This document shows, piece after piece, positions 18,106 through 27,454 of a stretch of DNA of 41,941 bases. The position numbers and the translations under genes are program-made. The DNA comes from Actinomycetota bacterium (GTDB taxonomy: Bacteria; Actinomycetota; Acidimicrobiia; IMCC26256; PALSA-610). The notes under the pieces were generated by a model. That model saw only the letters and a list, made by a program, of their open reading frames with translations. It ran no database searches and was not told the DNA's origin. The stretch is taken from NCBI GenBank assembly GCA_046086225.1, contig JBJSXF010000178.1, positions 1 through 41,941 of the forward strand, read 5' to 3'. Positions within the stretch are counted from its first letter, which is position 1; the number at the start of each line of letters is the position of its first letter.

Positions 18106-18879
18106 ATGATCCGCGTGGGCGTGTTCGGAGCGGGTGGACGCATGGGCGCCACCGTCTGCGGGGCGGTCCTCGATGCACCCGACCTCGAGCTCGTCGCCGC
18201 CGTCGACCCGGCCTGTGCGGGATCGACGGTGCCCGGAACCGATCTGGTCATCGGCTCCGCACCCGACGCCCTCACGGCGGCCGGGGCCGAGGTGGCGGTC
18301 GACTTCACGGTCGTCGACGCAGCCCGTGAGCACCTCGCCTGGTGCGCCGCGCACGGCATCCACGCGGTCGTGGGGACGACCGGGTTCTCCGAGGCCGACC
18401 TGGCCGGGTACGCCGAGCGCTTCGCCGCCCCGGGCGCCAATGCGGTCATCGCCGCCAACTTCGCGATCGGCGCGGTGCTCATGATGCGGTTCGCTGAGCT
18501 CGCCGCCCCCTTCTTCGACAGCGTCGAGATCGTCGAGATGCATCACGACCGAAAGCTCGACGCACCGTCGGGAACCGCAGTGGCCACGGCCCGGCGCATC
18601 GCGGCTGCTTCCGCCGACTGGGTTTCCGACCCGACCGAGAAGGTCGTCGCCGAAGGCGCCCGGGGTGCTCGCGTCGACGGCATCCCCGTGCACGCACTGC
18701 GGGTACGCGGGATGATCGCGAGCCAGGAGGTTCTGTTCGGGACCACCGGGCAGAGCCTCTCGTTGCGCCACGACACGTTCGATCGGTCGTCGTTCATGCC
18801 CGGCGTCGTGCACGCCGTCCGGGCGGTCGGCGCGGCACCCGGGCTCACGCTCGGCCTCGAGCCCCTCCTCGGGATCTGA
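18106..18879 (+). CDS. dapB: 4-hydroxy-tetrahydrodipicolinate reductase
   Basis: GAGGRMG, VDFT, VVGTTG, ANFAIG, EMHHDRKLDAPSGTA. Confidence 0.96.
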   Translation: MIRVGVFGAGGRMGATVCGAVLDAPDLELVAAVDPACAGSTVPGTDLVIGSAPDALTAAGAEVAVDFTVVDAAREHLAWCAAHGIHAVVGTTGFSEADLAGYAERFAAPGANAVIAANFAIGAVLMMRFAELAAPFFDSVEIVEMHHDRKLDAPSGTAVATARRIAAASADWVSDPTEKVVAEGARGARVDGIPVHALRVRGMIASQEVLFGTTGQSLSLRHDTFDRSSFMPGVVHAVRAVGAAPGLTLGLEPLLGI

Positions 18880-18885
18880 GGCGCC

Positions 18886-19629
18886 GTGACGGGTTCGCCG
18901 GTCGGAGGTGACGCCCTGCTCCGGGTCGAGGGCGTTCGGGTCGAGTTCGGGGGTGTCGTCGCCCTCCAGGACCTCGGGTTCGCGGTGGCCGAGGGCGAGA
19001 TCTGCGCGTTGATCGGTCCCAACGGCGCGGGCAAGACGACGCTCTTCAACGTGGTGAGTCGGCTCTACGAGTGCCGGGAGGGCAAGGTCCGGTTCGATGA
19101 TCACGACCTCCTCGCCCTCCCGCCCCACCGGATCGCCCGGGTCGGGATCGCCCGCACGTTCCAGAACCTGGCCCTGTTCCCCGCGCTCTCCGTGCTCGAC
19201 AACGTGCTGCTCGGTGGCTACGCCCACGGCGCGGCGAACGCAGCCCGGCGGGCCGAGGCGATGGGGATCCTCGACCGGCTCGGGCTCGCGAACCTGGCCG
19301 GTCGGCCTCCGGTCGGGTTGCCCTACGGCACGATGAAGCGGATCGAGATCGCCCGGGCGCTCGCGGCCCGACCCCGGCTGCTGATGCTCGACGAGCCGGC
19401 CGGGGGACTCACCCATTCCGAGGTCGATGAGCTCGCGGGGGTCATCCGCACGCTGCGCGACGATCTCGGGCTCACGGTGCTGCTGGTCGAGCACCACATG
19501 GCGATGGTCATGGCGATCTCCGACCACGTGGTCGTGCTCGACTTCGGGTCGAAGATCGCCGACGGAACTCCGGCCGAGGTTCGGGCCGATCCCCGGGTGA
19601 TCGAGGCCTACCTCGGGAAGCCGGCCTGA
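18886..19629 (+). CDS. Liv/HAAT-family ABC transporter ATP-binding protein (LivG-like)
   Basis: GPNGAGKTT Walker A, RTFQN, LMLDEPAGG, VEHHM, VIEAYLG. Confidence 0.9.
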   Translation: MTGSPVGGDALLRVEGVRVEFGGVVALQDLGFAVAEGEICALIGPNGAGKTTLFNVVSRLYECREGKVRFDDHDLLALPPHRIARVGIARTFQNLALFPALSVLDNVLLGGYAHGAANAARRAEAMGILDRLGLANLAGRPPVGLPYGTMKRIEIARALAARPRLLMLDEPAGGLTHSEVDELAGVIRTLRDDLGLTVLLVEHHMAMVMAISDHVVVLDFGSKIADGTPAEVRADPRVIEAYLGKPA

Positions 19630-19630
19630 C

Positions 19631-20341
19631 GTGGGCGCGCTCCTCGAAGTTCGCGATCTGCGGGCGGGCTACGGCGCGGTTCGGGTTCTCCACGGGATCG
19701 ACGTCGTGGTCGACGAGGGCGAGGTGGTCGTGATCCTCGGAGCGAACGGCGCCGGGAAGACGACGACGCTGCGGGCCGTCTCGCAACTCGTGGCCACCGA
19801 GGGAACGATCGCGCTCGCCGGCGCCTCGCTCGTGGGGCGTCGGCCCGAGCAGGTTGCTCAAGCGGGCATCGCGCACGTGCCCCAGGGGCGCGGCACGCTC
19901 GCCGACCTCACCGTGGAGGACAACCTCCGAGTCGGGGCCTTCCGGCGCCGCGACCGCGAGGTGGAGTCCGACATCGGTCGCTGGTTCGAGGTGTTCCCGC
20001 GGCTCGGAGAGCGGCGCAGCCAGCGTGCGGGCAGCATGAGCGGCGGCGAGCAGCAGATGCTGGCTATCGCCCGGGCGCTCATGTCCCGCCCCCGGCTCCT
20101 CCTGCTCGACGAGCCGTCCCTCGGACTCGCGCCGATCATCACCGCGGACCTCTTCGCCCGGCTCCGGGAACTCAACGAGCGAGACGGCCTCGCCATGCTC
20201 CTCGTCGAGCAGAACGCAGGCCTGGCCCTCGACCTCGCGGCCCGGGGCTACGTGCTCGAGACGGGCGAGATCGTGGCGACCGGCACGGCCGCCGAGCTCC
20301 GCGACAACGACGATGTACGCCGGGCGTACCTGGGGGTCTGA
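19631..20341 (+). CDS. Liv/HAAT-family ABC transporter ATP-binding protein (LivF-like)
   Basis: GANGAGKTT, MSGGEQQMLAIARALM, LLDEPSLGLAP, VEQN, RAYLG. Confidence 0.9.
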   Translation: MGALLEVRDLRAGYGAVRVLHGIDVVVDEGEVVVILGANGAGKTTTLRAVSQLVATEGTIALAGASLVGRRPEQVAQAGIAHVPQGRGTLADLTVEDNLRVGAFRRRDREVESDIGRWFEVFPRLGERRSQRAGSMSGGEQQMLAIARALMSRPRLLLLDEPSLGLAPIITADLFARLRELNERDGLAMLLVEQNAGLALDLAARGYVLETGEIVATGTAAELRDNDDVRRAYLGV

Positions 20342-21223
20342 GTGGATCTGTTCCTCAGCCAGCTCATGAACGGCATCGGGCGGGGCGTCATCTACGCCTC
20401 GCTCGCCCTCGCCCTCGTCCTCATCTTCCGCACCACCGGGATCCTGAACTTCGCCCAGGGCGAGATGGCGCTCTTCTCCACCTACGTTTTCTGGCAGTTC
20501 ACCGAATGGGGCTGGCCGGTCTGGATCGCCATCCTGGTGACCCTCGTGCTGTCGTTCCTCGGCGGTGCCGCGATCGAACGAGTGGTCATCCGGCCGGTCG
20601 AGCAGGCCTCGCCGCTCGTCGTCGTCATCGTGACCATCGGATTGTTCCTCGCGTTCAACGCACTGGCCCAGCTGATCTTCGGCACCGAAGCGAAGGGGCT
20701 GCCGCGCGCTTATCCGTTCGAGCAGTGGAAGCTCGGGCCGCTCACGCTGGAGTCCGACACGGTGGCCCTCGTCGTCGTCCTCGCCGTCGAGTGCCTCGTG
20801 CTCTGGCTGCTGTTCCAGCGCACGCGGTTGGGTCTCGGGCTGCGGGCGGTCGCCGCCAATCCCGACGCGTCCCGCCTGGCCGGCGTGCCGGTCGGCCGCA
20901 TGCTGATGTCCGGGTGGGCAATCTCGGCGGCCATCGGAGCGCTGAGTGGGATGCTCGTGGTCCCCACGACCCCGGGCCTCAACGCCGGCTCGATGCAGAC
21001 GATCCTCGTCTTCGCGTTCGCGGCGGCGGCCCTCGGCGGGTTCGACAGTCTCCTCGGTGCCGTCGTCGGGGGCCTGATCCTCGGGGTCGCCAACGCGATG
21101 ACGATCCAATACCTCGACGCGCTCGACGGCATCGAGTTAGTGGTGCCTTTCGGCCTGATCCTCGGCGTGCTCCTCGTCCGCCCCCAGGGGCTCTTCGGGT
21201 CGATCCGGGTGGAGCGGGTATGA
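20342..21223 (+). CDS. Liv/HAAT-family ABC transporter permease (LivH-like)
   Basis: Hydrophobic protein with ILNFAQGEMA, GLGLRAVAAN and AALGGFDS motifs. Confidence 0.9.
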   Translation: MDLFLSQLMNGIGRGVIYASLALALVLIFRTTGILNFAQGEMALFSTYVFWQFTEWGWPVWIAILVTLVLSFLGGAAIERVVIRPVEQASPLVVVIVTIGLFLAFNALAQLIFGTEAKGLPRAYPFEQWKLGPLTLESDTVALVVVLAVECLVLWLLFQRTRLGLGLRAVAANPDASRLAGVPVGRMLMSGWAISAAIGALSGMLVVPTTPGLNAGSMQTILVFAFAAAALGGFDSLLGAVVGGLILGVANAMTIQYLDALDGIELVVPFGLILGVLLVRPQGLFGSIRVERV

Positions 21224-22317
21224 GGAGCCGGGCCCGAGCCGGGCGCGCGGTCACGACGGTCCTCCTCGGCGCAGCCTTCGTCTACGCGTGCTCGCTCGCG
21301 ACCTCCGACGACATCCCGCAGCTGCAGCTCGTCGCTCAGGCGCTCTACTTCGCCGTCGCGGCCGCCGGGCTCAATCTGCTCACCGGATACAACGGCCAGG
21401 TCTCGATCGGGCACGGCGCGTTCTTCGGCATCGGGGCCTTCACGAGCGCGATCCTCGTGAAGGATCACGGCTGGGAGTATCTGCCGACGCTCCCGGTTGC
21501 GGCCGTACTCGCCGCCGTGATCGGCGTGCTCGTCGGCTTCCCGGCCCTGCGGGTGAAGGGCCTCTATCTGGCGCTGGTCACGTTGGGACTGGCCGTGATC
21601 TTCCCCGACGTCATCAAGCGGTTCTTCGACGCGAGCGGCCAGGGCCAGGTCACGGTGCGATCCCGGCTCCTGCGGGCACCCGAGTGGTGGCCGGCCGGGA
21701 TCGGCGACCGCTACCAGTGGGCGTACGTCGTGACCCTCGTCGTGACGGTCGCCGCGTTCGTGCTGAGCGCCTACATCGTGCGGCTGCGGTTCGGTCGGGC
21801 CCTGGTTGCCGTGCGCGATCACGAGGCCGCGGCCGCAACGCTCGGGATCAACCCGGCCCTCGTCAAGCTCGGGGCCTTCGGGATCAGCGCCGCCTACGCC
21901 GGGGCCGCCGGCTCGCTCTCGGTCCTCGTGCTCGGCAACGCCGAGGCCAACAAGGCCTCGACCTTCAACCAGTCGATCCTGTTCCTCGTGGCCGTGGTCG
22001 TCGGGGGCACGGCGACGGTCCTCGGACCGCTCGTGGGCGGCTGGTTCGTCGTGATGCTCCAGGATCAGGTGAACAAGTTCGCCGAGCGCCCCGACCGCCT
22101 CCTCGGCATCCCGGTACCGGGGGCGATCGAGGACTGGGTCCGAGGTAAGACCGTGCTCACCCCGGCGATCTTCGGCATCATCCTCGTGGTTTCCATGTAC
22201 CTTCTTCCCGACGGCATCGCCGGGGCTGCCCGCCGAGGGTGGAACCGGTCCTGGGCCGCGGCGCAATCGCGGCGTGGTCCGACTCCAGATCCGGCCCGGG
22301 GCGGGTCGGACCGATAG
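21220..22317 (+). CDS. Liv/HAAT-family ABC transporter permease (LivM-like)
   Basis: GLNLLTGYNGQVSIGHGAFFGIGA, LRVKGLYLALVTL, GRALVAVRDHEAAA, VVVGG..TVLGP. ATGA overlap with the preceding permease. Confidence 0.9.
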   Translation: MRSRARAGRAVTTVLLGAAFVYACSLATSDDIPQLQLVAQALYFAVAAAGLNLLTGYNGQVSIGHGAFFGIGAFTSAILVKDHGWEYLPTLPVAAVLAAVIGVLVGFPALRVKGLYLALVTLGLAVIFPDVIKRFFDASGQGQVTVRSRLLRAPEWWPAGIGDRYQWAYVVTLVVTVAAFVLSAYIVRLRFGRALVAVRDHEAAAATLGINPALVKLGAFGISAAYAGAAGSLSVLVLGNAEANKASTFNQSILFLVAVVVGGTATVLGPLVGGWFVVMLQDQVNKFAERPDRLLGIPVPGAIEDWVRGKTVLTPAIFGIILVVSMYLLPDGIAGAARRGWNRSWAAAQSRRGPTPDPARGGSDR

Positions 22318-22334
22318 CGAAAGGACACACCGTC

Positions 22335-23720
22335 ATGACGCAGCAGCGCAGTTCGCGGCGATCCGCCCGAGCCGGGGTTCTCGTCCTGGCCATCGTCCTC
22401 GCCCTCGTGGCGGCGGCGTGCAGCGGGGGGAGCGATGACGCCGGCGGAGGGGGAGGCTCGCCGACGACCGCGTCGGGCGGGTCGGGCGATGGCTACCAGG
22501 ACATCAACCCGGATGACTGTGACGTCGACCCCGAGTCGGTGACGATCGAGGGCGACACGATCAAACTGGGTACGAGCATTCCCCAGTCGGGTCTCTACTC
22601 GGCGTTCCAGGAGATCCTTCGCGGTGAGCAGGCGTACATCGAGTACGTGAACACCGAGAAGGGGGGCTTCGACGTCGGGGGCAAGAAGTACAAGGTCGAG
22701 CTCATCGCCAAGGACGACGCGTACGAGGCGTCGCGCACGGTGACCAACGTCCAGTCGCTCATCACCTCCGATGAGGTGTTCGGGCTGTTCGACGTCGTCG
22801 GCACCAAGAACAACCTGGCGATCCGCGACAACGTCAACGATGCGTGCATCCCGGGCCTCTTCGCCGCCACCGGATCGCCGGCCTGGGGCAACAAGAACTA
22901 CCCGTGGATCATCGGCACCTTCCTCGTGCCGTACCCGGACGAGATGAAGGCCCTGGTTGACTACCTGAAGGAGAACCAGCCGGCGGCGACGATTGCGGTG
23001 CTGCGGGCCAATGACGACTTCGGCAAGGCCTACTCGGAGTCGCTCGCCAAGCTCGTCGAGGGCACCGACCTCAGAATCGTGAAGGAAGAGGTGTACGACC
23101 CCGAGTCGCCCGACACCAAGTCCCAGGTCACGAGCCTGGCCGCAACCAAGGCCGACGTCTTCGTGGTCGGGGCGACCCTCCTCGCCTGCCCCGACGCGCT
23201 GAAGAACGCGCAGGCGGCGGGCTGGACCCGCAAGGTCACCTACATGTCGGGCACCTGCACATCGAAGACGCTCATGGCCATTGCCGGCGACTCCGCCGGT
23301 GACGTCTACAGCGTCGCTCCGCTCATGGATCCGAACAACCCGGAGTACGCCGAGCAGCCCGGGATGAAGCTCTACAAGGAGAAGGTGAAGCAGTACGAGC
23401 CCGAGGCCGACGTCACCAACGGCATCGTGGCCTACGGCTGGACGGTCGGCGCCCTCCTCGAGCGCACCCTCGCCGATGCGAAGTCGGGTGACCGGCTCGG
23501 GGTGATGGAGGCGGCCCGCAACCTCACCGACGTGAAGGGTCTCGCGCTGCAGCTGCCGGGCATCAGCTGGTCGGTGGGGGCCGACGACTGGTTCCTCGGC
23601 GAGCAGTTCTCGATGGTCCAGTACCAGCTCGCCGACCAGTACTTCTCGACCGTGGGGCCGCTCGTGAAGCTCGACGGCGAGACCGCGGAGATCACGCCGC
23701 CCGCCCTCATCGACGGGTAG
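22335..23720 (+). CDS. ABC transporter substrate-binding lipoprotein (PBP1/Liv type)
   Basis: Signal peptide with lipobox LVAAA-C, then IKLGTSIPQSG, KDDAYEASRT and NDDFGK. AAAGGA SD. Confidence 0.88.
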   Translation: MTQQRSSRRSARAGVLVLAIVLALVAAACSGGSDDAGGGGGSPTTASGGSGDGYQDINPDDCDVDPESVTIEGDTIKLGTSIPQSGLYSAFQEILRGEQAYIEYVNTEKGGFDVGGKKYKVELIAKDDAYEASRTVTNVQSLITSDEVFGLFDVVGTKNNLAIRDNVNDACIPGLFAATGSPAWGNKNYPWIIGTFLVPYPDEMKALVDYLKENQPAATIAVLRANDDFGKAYSESLAKLVEGTDLRIVKEEVYDPESPDTKSQVTSLAATKADVFVVGATLLACPDALKNAQAAGWTRKVTYMSGTCTSKTLMAIAGDSAGDVYSVAPLMDPNNPEYAEQPGMKLYKEKVKQYEPEADVTNGIVAYGWTVGALLERTLADAKSGDRLGVMEAARNLTDVKGLALQLPGISWSVGADDWFLGEQFSMVQYQLADQYFSTVGPLVKLDGETAEITPPALIDG

Positions 23721-24351
23721 TCGCGGCGCCGCCCAGCGCGGCGAGTCGTACGGCGAGGGCCTCGGGATCGGTGACGACCCCGAGGCCCTCCCGCGTCACG
23801 AGCCATTCGTGGTTGCGGCGGTGGAGGTCGTCACCTGCGTCGAACCGGTTGAGGATGACGATGACCTCTCGGTCCGGTCCGATCGCGTCGCAGCAGAGTC
23901 GGGTGAGGTTGATGGTCCCGAGCCCGGCATCGGCGACGAGCACGACGGCGGCCGGATCGAGGGCCTCGATCAGGGTGAGGTTGTCCCCGTCCTCGGCGAT
24001 CGGCGCCCGGAGCCCACCGGCGCCCTCGATGAGCGCGAGGCCCGCTCCCGGCGCGACTTCGGCCACGAGGTCGGCGATCGTGAACGGTGGCAGGCCGAGC
24101 GCCGCAGCGGCCATGGGCGGCGCCATCGGGGTGGGCAGCCATCGGTGCGGCGGGCAGACGACCTCGGGCTGCTCGCCGCCCGCGGCGGCGAGCTCGGCCG
24201 CATCGGTGGTCGGGTCGCCGGGCGCGAACGACTGCGCCGGCTTGCGGCCGTGGGCGGCGATGCCCCGGGCGCGCAACTCCCGCAGCACGGCAGCGGTGAC
24301 CCAGGTCTTGCCGACCTCGGTGCCGGTGCCGGTGACGAACACGATGGTCAT
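23707..24351 (-). CDS. bioD: Dethiobiotin synthetase
   Basis: VFVTGTGTEVGKT P-loop, KPAQS, IEGAGG, LGTIN. Confidence 0.93.
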   Translation of the reverse strand: MTIVFVTGTGTEVGKTWVTAAVLRELRARGIAAHGRKPAQSFAPGDPTTDAAELAAAGGEQPEVVCPPHRWLPTPMAPPMAAAALGLPPFTIADLVAEVAPGAGLALIEGAGGLRAPIAEDGDNLTLIEALDPAAVVLVADAGLGTINLTRLCCDAIGPDREVIVILNRFDAGDDLHRRNHEWLVTREGLGVVTDPEALAVRLAALGGAATTRR

Positions 24352-25436
24352 CGGGTCAAGCTCCCGTGGATGTCGGCGAGGGCGACGACGAGCGCGTCGA
24401 CCTCCGGGTCGGTATGGGCGGCCGAGAGGGTCACCCGCAGGCGCGAGGTGCCGGGGGCGACGGTCGGGGGCCGGATGGCGGGGACGAGGAGACCCCGGGC
24501 CGCAAGGGCGGCCGAGGCGAAGAGCGCGGCCTCCTCGTCGCCGACGACGAACGGGATGATGGGGGAGGGGTGGCCGGGCCGCACCCGCTCGACGAGCTCC
24601 CGCAGCCGGGCCGTGAGCGCGCCGCCCTCCGGGCTCCGCAGCACCCGCAGGGCGGCGAGCGCAGCGGCGGTATCGGCCGGCGTGGGGGCGGTCGTGAAGA
24701 TGTAGGGACGAGCTGCGTTCTCGAGCAGCTCGATGAATGCGGTCGGTCCGGCGACGAAGCCGCCGAGGGCACCGAGCGTCTTGGAGAGGGTGCCGACCCG
24801 CAGCACCGGCGCCTCCCCGGGATCGACATCGGGACCGAGGACGGCGTGGGCCTCGTCGAGCACGAGCAGAGCGTCGTGGCGAGCGCAGAGATCGATGAGC
24901 GATCCGACATCGGCCCGATCGCCGTCCATGGAGAAGACGGTGTCGGAGACGACGACGGCGCGCCGGTCGCCCCGGTCACCCAGGATCGCGTCGAGGTGGT
25001 CGAGGTCGCCGTGCCGGTAGATCCTGGTCTCGGCCCGGGCGAGTCGGCAGCCGTCGATGATCGACGCGTGGTTGAGTTCGTCGGAGCAGATGAGGGTGCC
25101 GTGCGTCCCGACCGTCGTGAGGACGCCCAGGTTGGCCGCGAAGCCGGTGGGGAAGATCGCGGCGCGCGGCATCCGCCGCCATTCGGCCAGCTCCGCCTCG
25201 AGCTCGTGGTGCACCCCACGGGAGCCTACGATGAGCCGGGCCGAGCCGCTGCCGGCCCCCCAGCGGTCGAGCGCGGCGTGAGCCGCGGCGATGACGGCCG
25301 GGTGGCGGGTCAGGCCGAGGTAGTCGTTCGACGCGAAGACCACCGGGCCTTCGGGTCCGACGGCCCGGGGGATCCGCCAGCGTCCGGCAGCGCGGATCGC
25401 GCCGGTCGCCGTCTCGGCCCAGGCCCGCCAGCTCAC
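24348..25436 (-). CDS. bioF: 8-amino-7-oxononanoate synthase
   Basis: FASNDYLGL, GAGSGSARL, DELNHASIIDG, FSMDGD, DEAH, GTLSK (PLP Lys), AIRPPTV...RLRVTLSA. Between bioA and bioD with 4-nt overlaps. Confidence 0.92.
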   Translation of the reverse strand: MSWRAWAETATGAIRAAGRWRIPRAVGPEGPVVFASNDYLGLTRHPAVIAAAHAALDRWGAGSGSARLIVGSRGVHHELEAELAEWRRMPRAAIFPTGFAANLGVLTTVGTHGTLICSDELNHASIIDGCRLARAETRIYRHGDLDHLDAILGDRGDRRAVVVSDTVFSMDGDRADVGSLIDLCARHDALLVLDEAHAVLGPDVDPGEAPVLRVGTLSKTLGALGGFVAGPTAFIELLENAARPYIFTTAPTPADTAAALAALRVLRSPEGGALTARLRELVERVRPGHPSPIIPFVVGDEEAALFASAALAARGLLVPAIRPPTVAPGTSRLRVTLSAAHTDPEVDALVVALADIHGSLTR

Positions 25437-26716
25437 GGTCCGCAGACCTCGTCGAGCGCGGCGTCGAGCGTGCGCACGATCCGGTGCAGTTCCTCCGAGG
25501 TGACGGTGAGCGGGGGCATGAGCACGATCACGTCTCCGAGGGGGCGCAGGAGCACGCCGCGCTCCACCGATGCCGCGCAGACCCGGCGACCCCAGCGCAG
25601 TCCATCGGTCGGTGGTGCGAGCTCGACGCCCACCATGAGTCCCCGCTGGCGCACCTCGGCCACGGCGGCCTTCGGGGCGATGCGGTCGTCGAGGAGACCC
25701 TGCAGCTCCTCGGCCCGCTCGCGGACGTTCGCGAGCACATCCCAGGCCTCGATGAGCTCGAGGTGGCGGAGCGCGACGGCGGCGGCGAGCGCGTTCCCGC
25801 TGTACGAGTGTCCGTGGTAAAGCGTGCGTTCCCCGAGATCTTCACCGAGGAACGCCTCGTAGACCGGGCCGGAAGCAACCGTCGCCGACATGGCGAGGTA
25901 GCCGCCGGTGAGTCCCTTCCCCAAGCACATGAGGTCGGGACGTATCCCGGCCAGTTCGGATGCGAAGAGCGTGCCGGTGCGACCGAAGCCGGTTGCGACC
26001 TCGTCGCAGATGAGCAGCACATCGTGGTCGCGACAGGCGGCGGCGAGCTGGGCCAACCCCTCGGGTGTGCCCATGCGCATCCCGGCGGCGCCCTGCACCA
26101 ACGGCTCGACGATGACGGCAGCCAGCTCCGTCGCGTGTTCGGCCACCATGGCCGCAGCGGTGGCGCACGCGTCGGGCGCGTCGAGGTCGGGGGCCCTGAG
26201 CACCGGGAAGCGCAGCGGGTCGAACACGGTCGTGCCGAACCCGCCGTCACCGACCGAGAGCGCGCCGATCGTGTCCCCGTGGTAGGCGCCACCGAACGCG
26301 AGGAAGGTCGTCCGGCCGGCGATGCCGCGGTTGGCCCAGTATTGGAACGCGATCTTCAGGGCCTGCTCGACGGCCGAGGCCCCGTCACCGGCGTAGAGGA
26401 AGTGAGGGTCGTCGACGGGCACCACCCGGGCCAGGGCCTCGGAGAGCTCGATCGTGGTGCGGTTGCCGTTGCCGAGCATCGTCGAGTGGGCGCCGAGCTC
26501 GAGTTGCGCGCGAACGGCATCGTCGAGCTCGGGGATGCGGTGGCCGAGCGTGGTGACCCAGAGCGACGAGATGGCGTCGAGGTAGCGGCGTCCGTCGACG
26601 TCGATGAGCTCGCGACCTTCGGCCCCGGCGACGATGACGGGGCGGTTGGCGGCGTAGGCGGCCATCTGGGTGAATCCGTGCCAGACCACGGCGGCATCGC
26701 GCTCGACCCACTCCAT
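25433..26716 (-). CDS. bioA: 7,8-diaminononanoate (DAPA) aminotransferase
   Basis: WHGFTQM, YLDAISSLW, AYHGDT, EPLVQGAAGM, DEVATGFGRTG, LGKGLTGGY, HGHSYSGN, LLRPLGDV. Start ATG 26716 (alternative 26725). Confidence 0.93.
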   Translation of the reverse strand: MEWVERDAAVVWHGFTQMAAYAANRPVIVAGAEGRELIDVDGRRYLDAISSLWVTTLGHRIPELDDAVRAQLELGAHSTMLGNGNRTTIELSEALARVVPVDDPHFLYAGDGASAVEQALKIAFQYWANRGIAGRTTFLAFGGAYHGDTIGALSVGDGGFGTTVFDPLRFPVLRAPDLDAPDACATAAAMVAEHATELAAVIVEPLVQGAAGMRMGTPEGLAQLAAACRDHDVLLICDEVATGFGRTGTLFASELAGIRPDLMCLGKGLTGGYLAMSATVASGPVYEAFLGEDLGERTLYHGHSYSGNALAAAVALRHLELIEAWDVLANVRERAEELQGLLDDRIAPKAAVAEVRQRGLMVGVELAPPTDGLRWGRRVCAASVERGVLLRPLGDVIVLMPPLTVTSEELHRIVRTLDAALDEVCGP

Positions 26717-26736
26717 GGCGGTCATTCTCGTCCACA

Positions 26737-27333
26737 ATGGTGGTCGTGGCCCACCCGGACCCCCTGAGCCTCGACGAGCGCCTCCTCACCGCGACCTACG
26801 GGTGCATCGCGCGGTTCGGATTGACCAAGACGACGGTCGAGGACGTGGTGCGGGCCTCGGGGGTCTCGCGGGCCACGATCTACCGGCAGTTCCCGGGTGG
26901 GCGGGACGAGCTCATCCGGGCCACCGTGGCCTGGGAGATCGGCAACTTCCTCACCGCCCTGGCCGACCACGTCCGTGACGCGCCCGATCTCGCCGAGCTG
27001 CTGGCCCGGGGGCTGCCCTTCGCTCATCGGGCGGTCGCCGAGCACGAGGTGCTCCGGGCCGTGCTGGCCACCGAGCCCGAGCGGTTCCTGCCCCTGCTCA
27101 GCACGGAGTCGGCCCGGACGCTGCCGTTCATCGCCGATTTCCTGCTGCCGTACCTGCGCCGGGAGGCCGGGGCGGGTCGGCTCCGGGTCGGGGTGCTTCC
27201 CGAGGCGGCTGCCGACTACCTGGCTCGGGCGGTGCTGTCGCTCATCGGCTCCCCGGGCCGCCACGACCTCGACGACCCCGAGGCGGTGCGGGCCTTGGTG
27301 GACATCGAGCTGCTGGGCGGGATCTCGGCCTGA
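26737..27333 (+). CDS. TetR/AcrR family transcriptional regulator (1 of 2)
   Basis: HTH segment GLTKTTVEDVVRASGVSRATIYRQFPGGRDEL. The true start may be GTG 26746. Confidence 0.9.
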   Translation: MVVVAHPDPLSLDERLLTATYGCIARFGLTKTTVEDVVRASGVSRATIYRQFPGGRDELIRATVAWEIGNFLTALADHVRDAPDLAELLARGLPFAHRAVAEHEVLRAVLATEPERFLPLLSTESARTLPFIADFLLPYLRREAGAGRLRVGVLPEAAADYLARAVLSLIGSPGRHDLDDPEAVRALVDIELLGGISA

Positions 27334-27416
27334 GCCGATCCGGAATGGCGCCCGATCCGGGAGGTTCGGCCGGGAGCGGCGGGGGAGGCGTGAGCGAGCC
27401 GGCCCAGGGATAGGGC

Positions 27417-27451
27417 TTGACAATGAGACAGATCGGGGGTAGATGTCTCAT
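27417..27451 (+). promoter_or_regulatory. Promoter with overlapping palindromic operator upstream of tetR2-diiron enzyme
   Basis: Perfect TTGACA at 27417-27422 and TAGATG 17 nt later. Perfect 8-bp inverted repeat ATGAGACA-N13-TGTCTCAT (27423-27451) covers the spacer and -10. Confidence 0.75.
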
Positions 27452-27454
27452 CTG

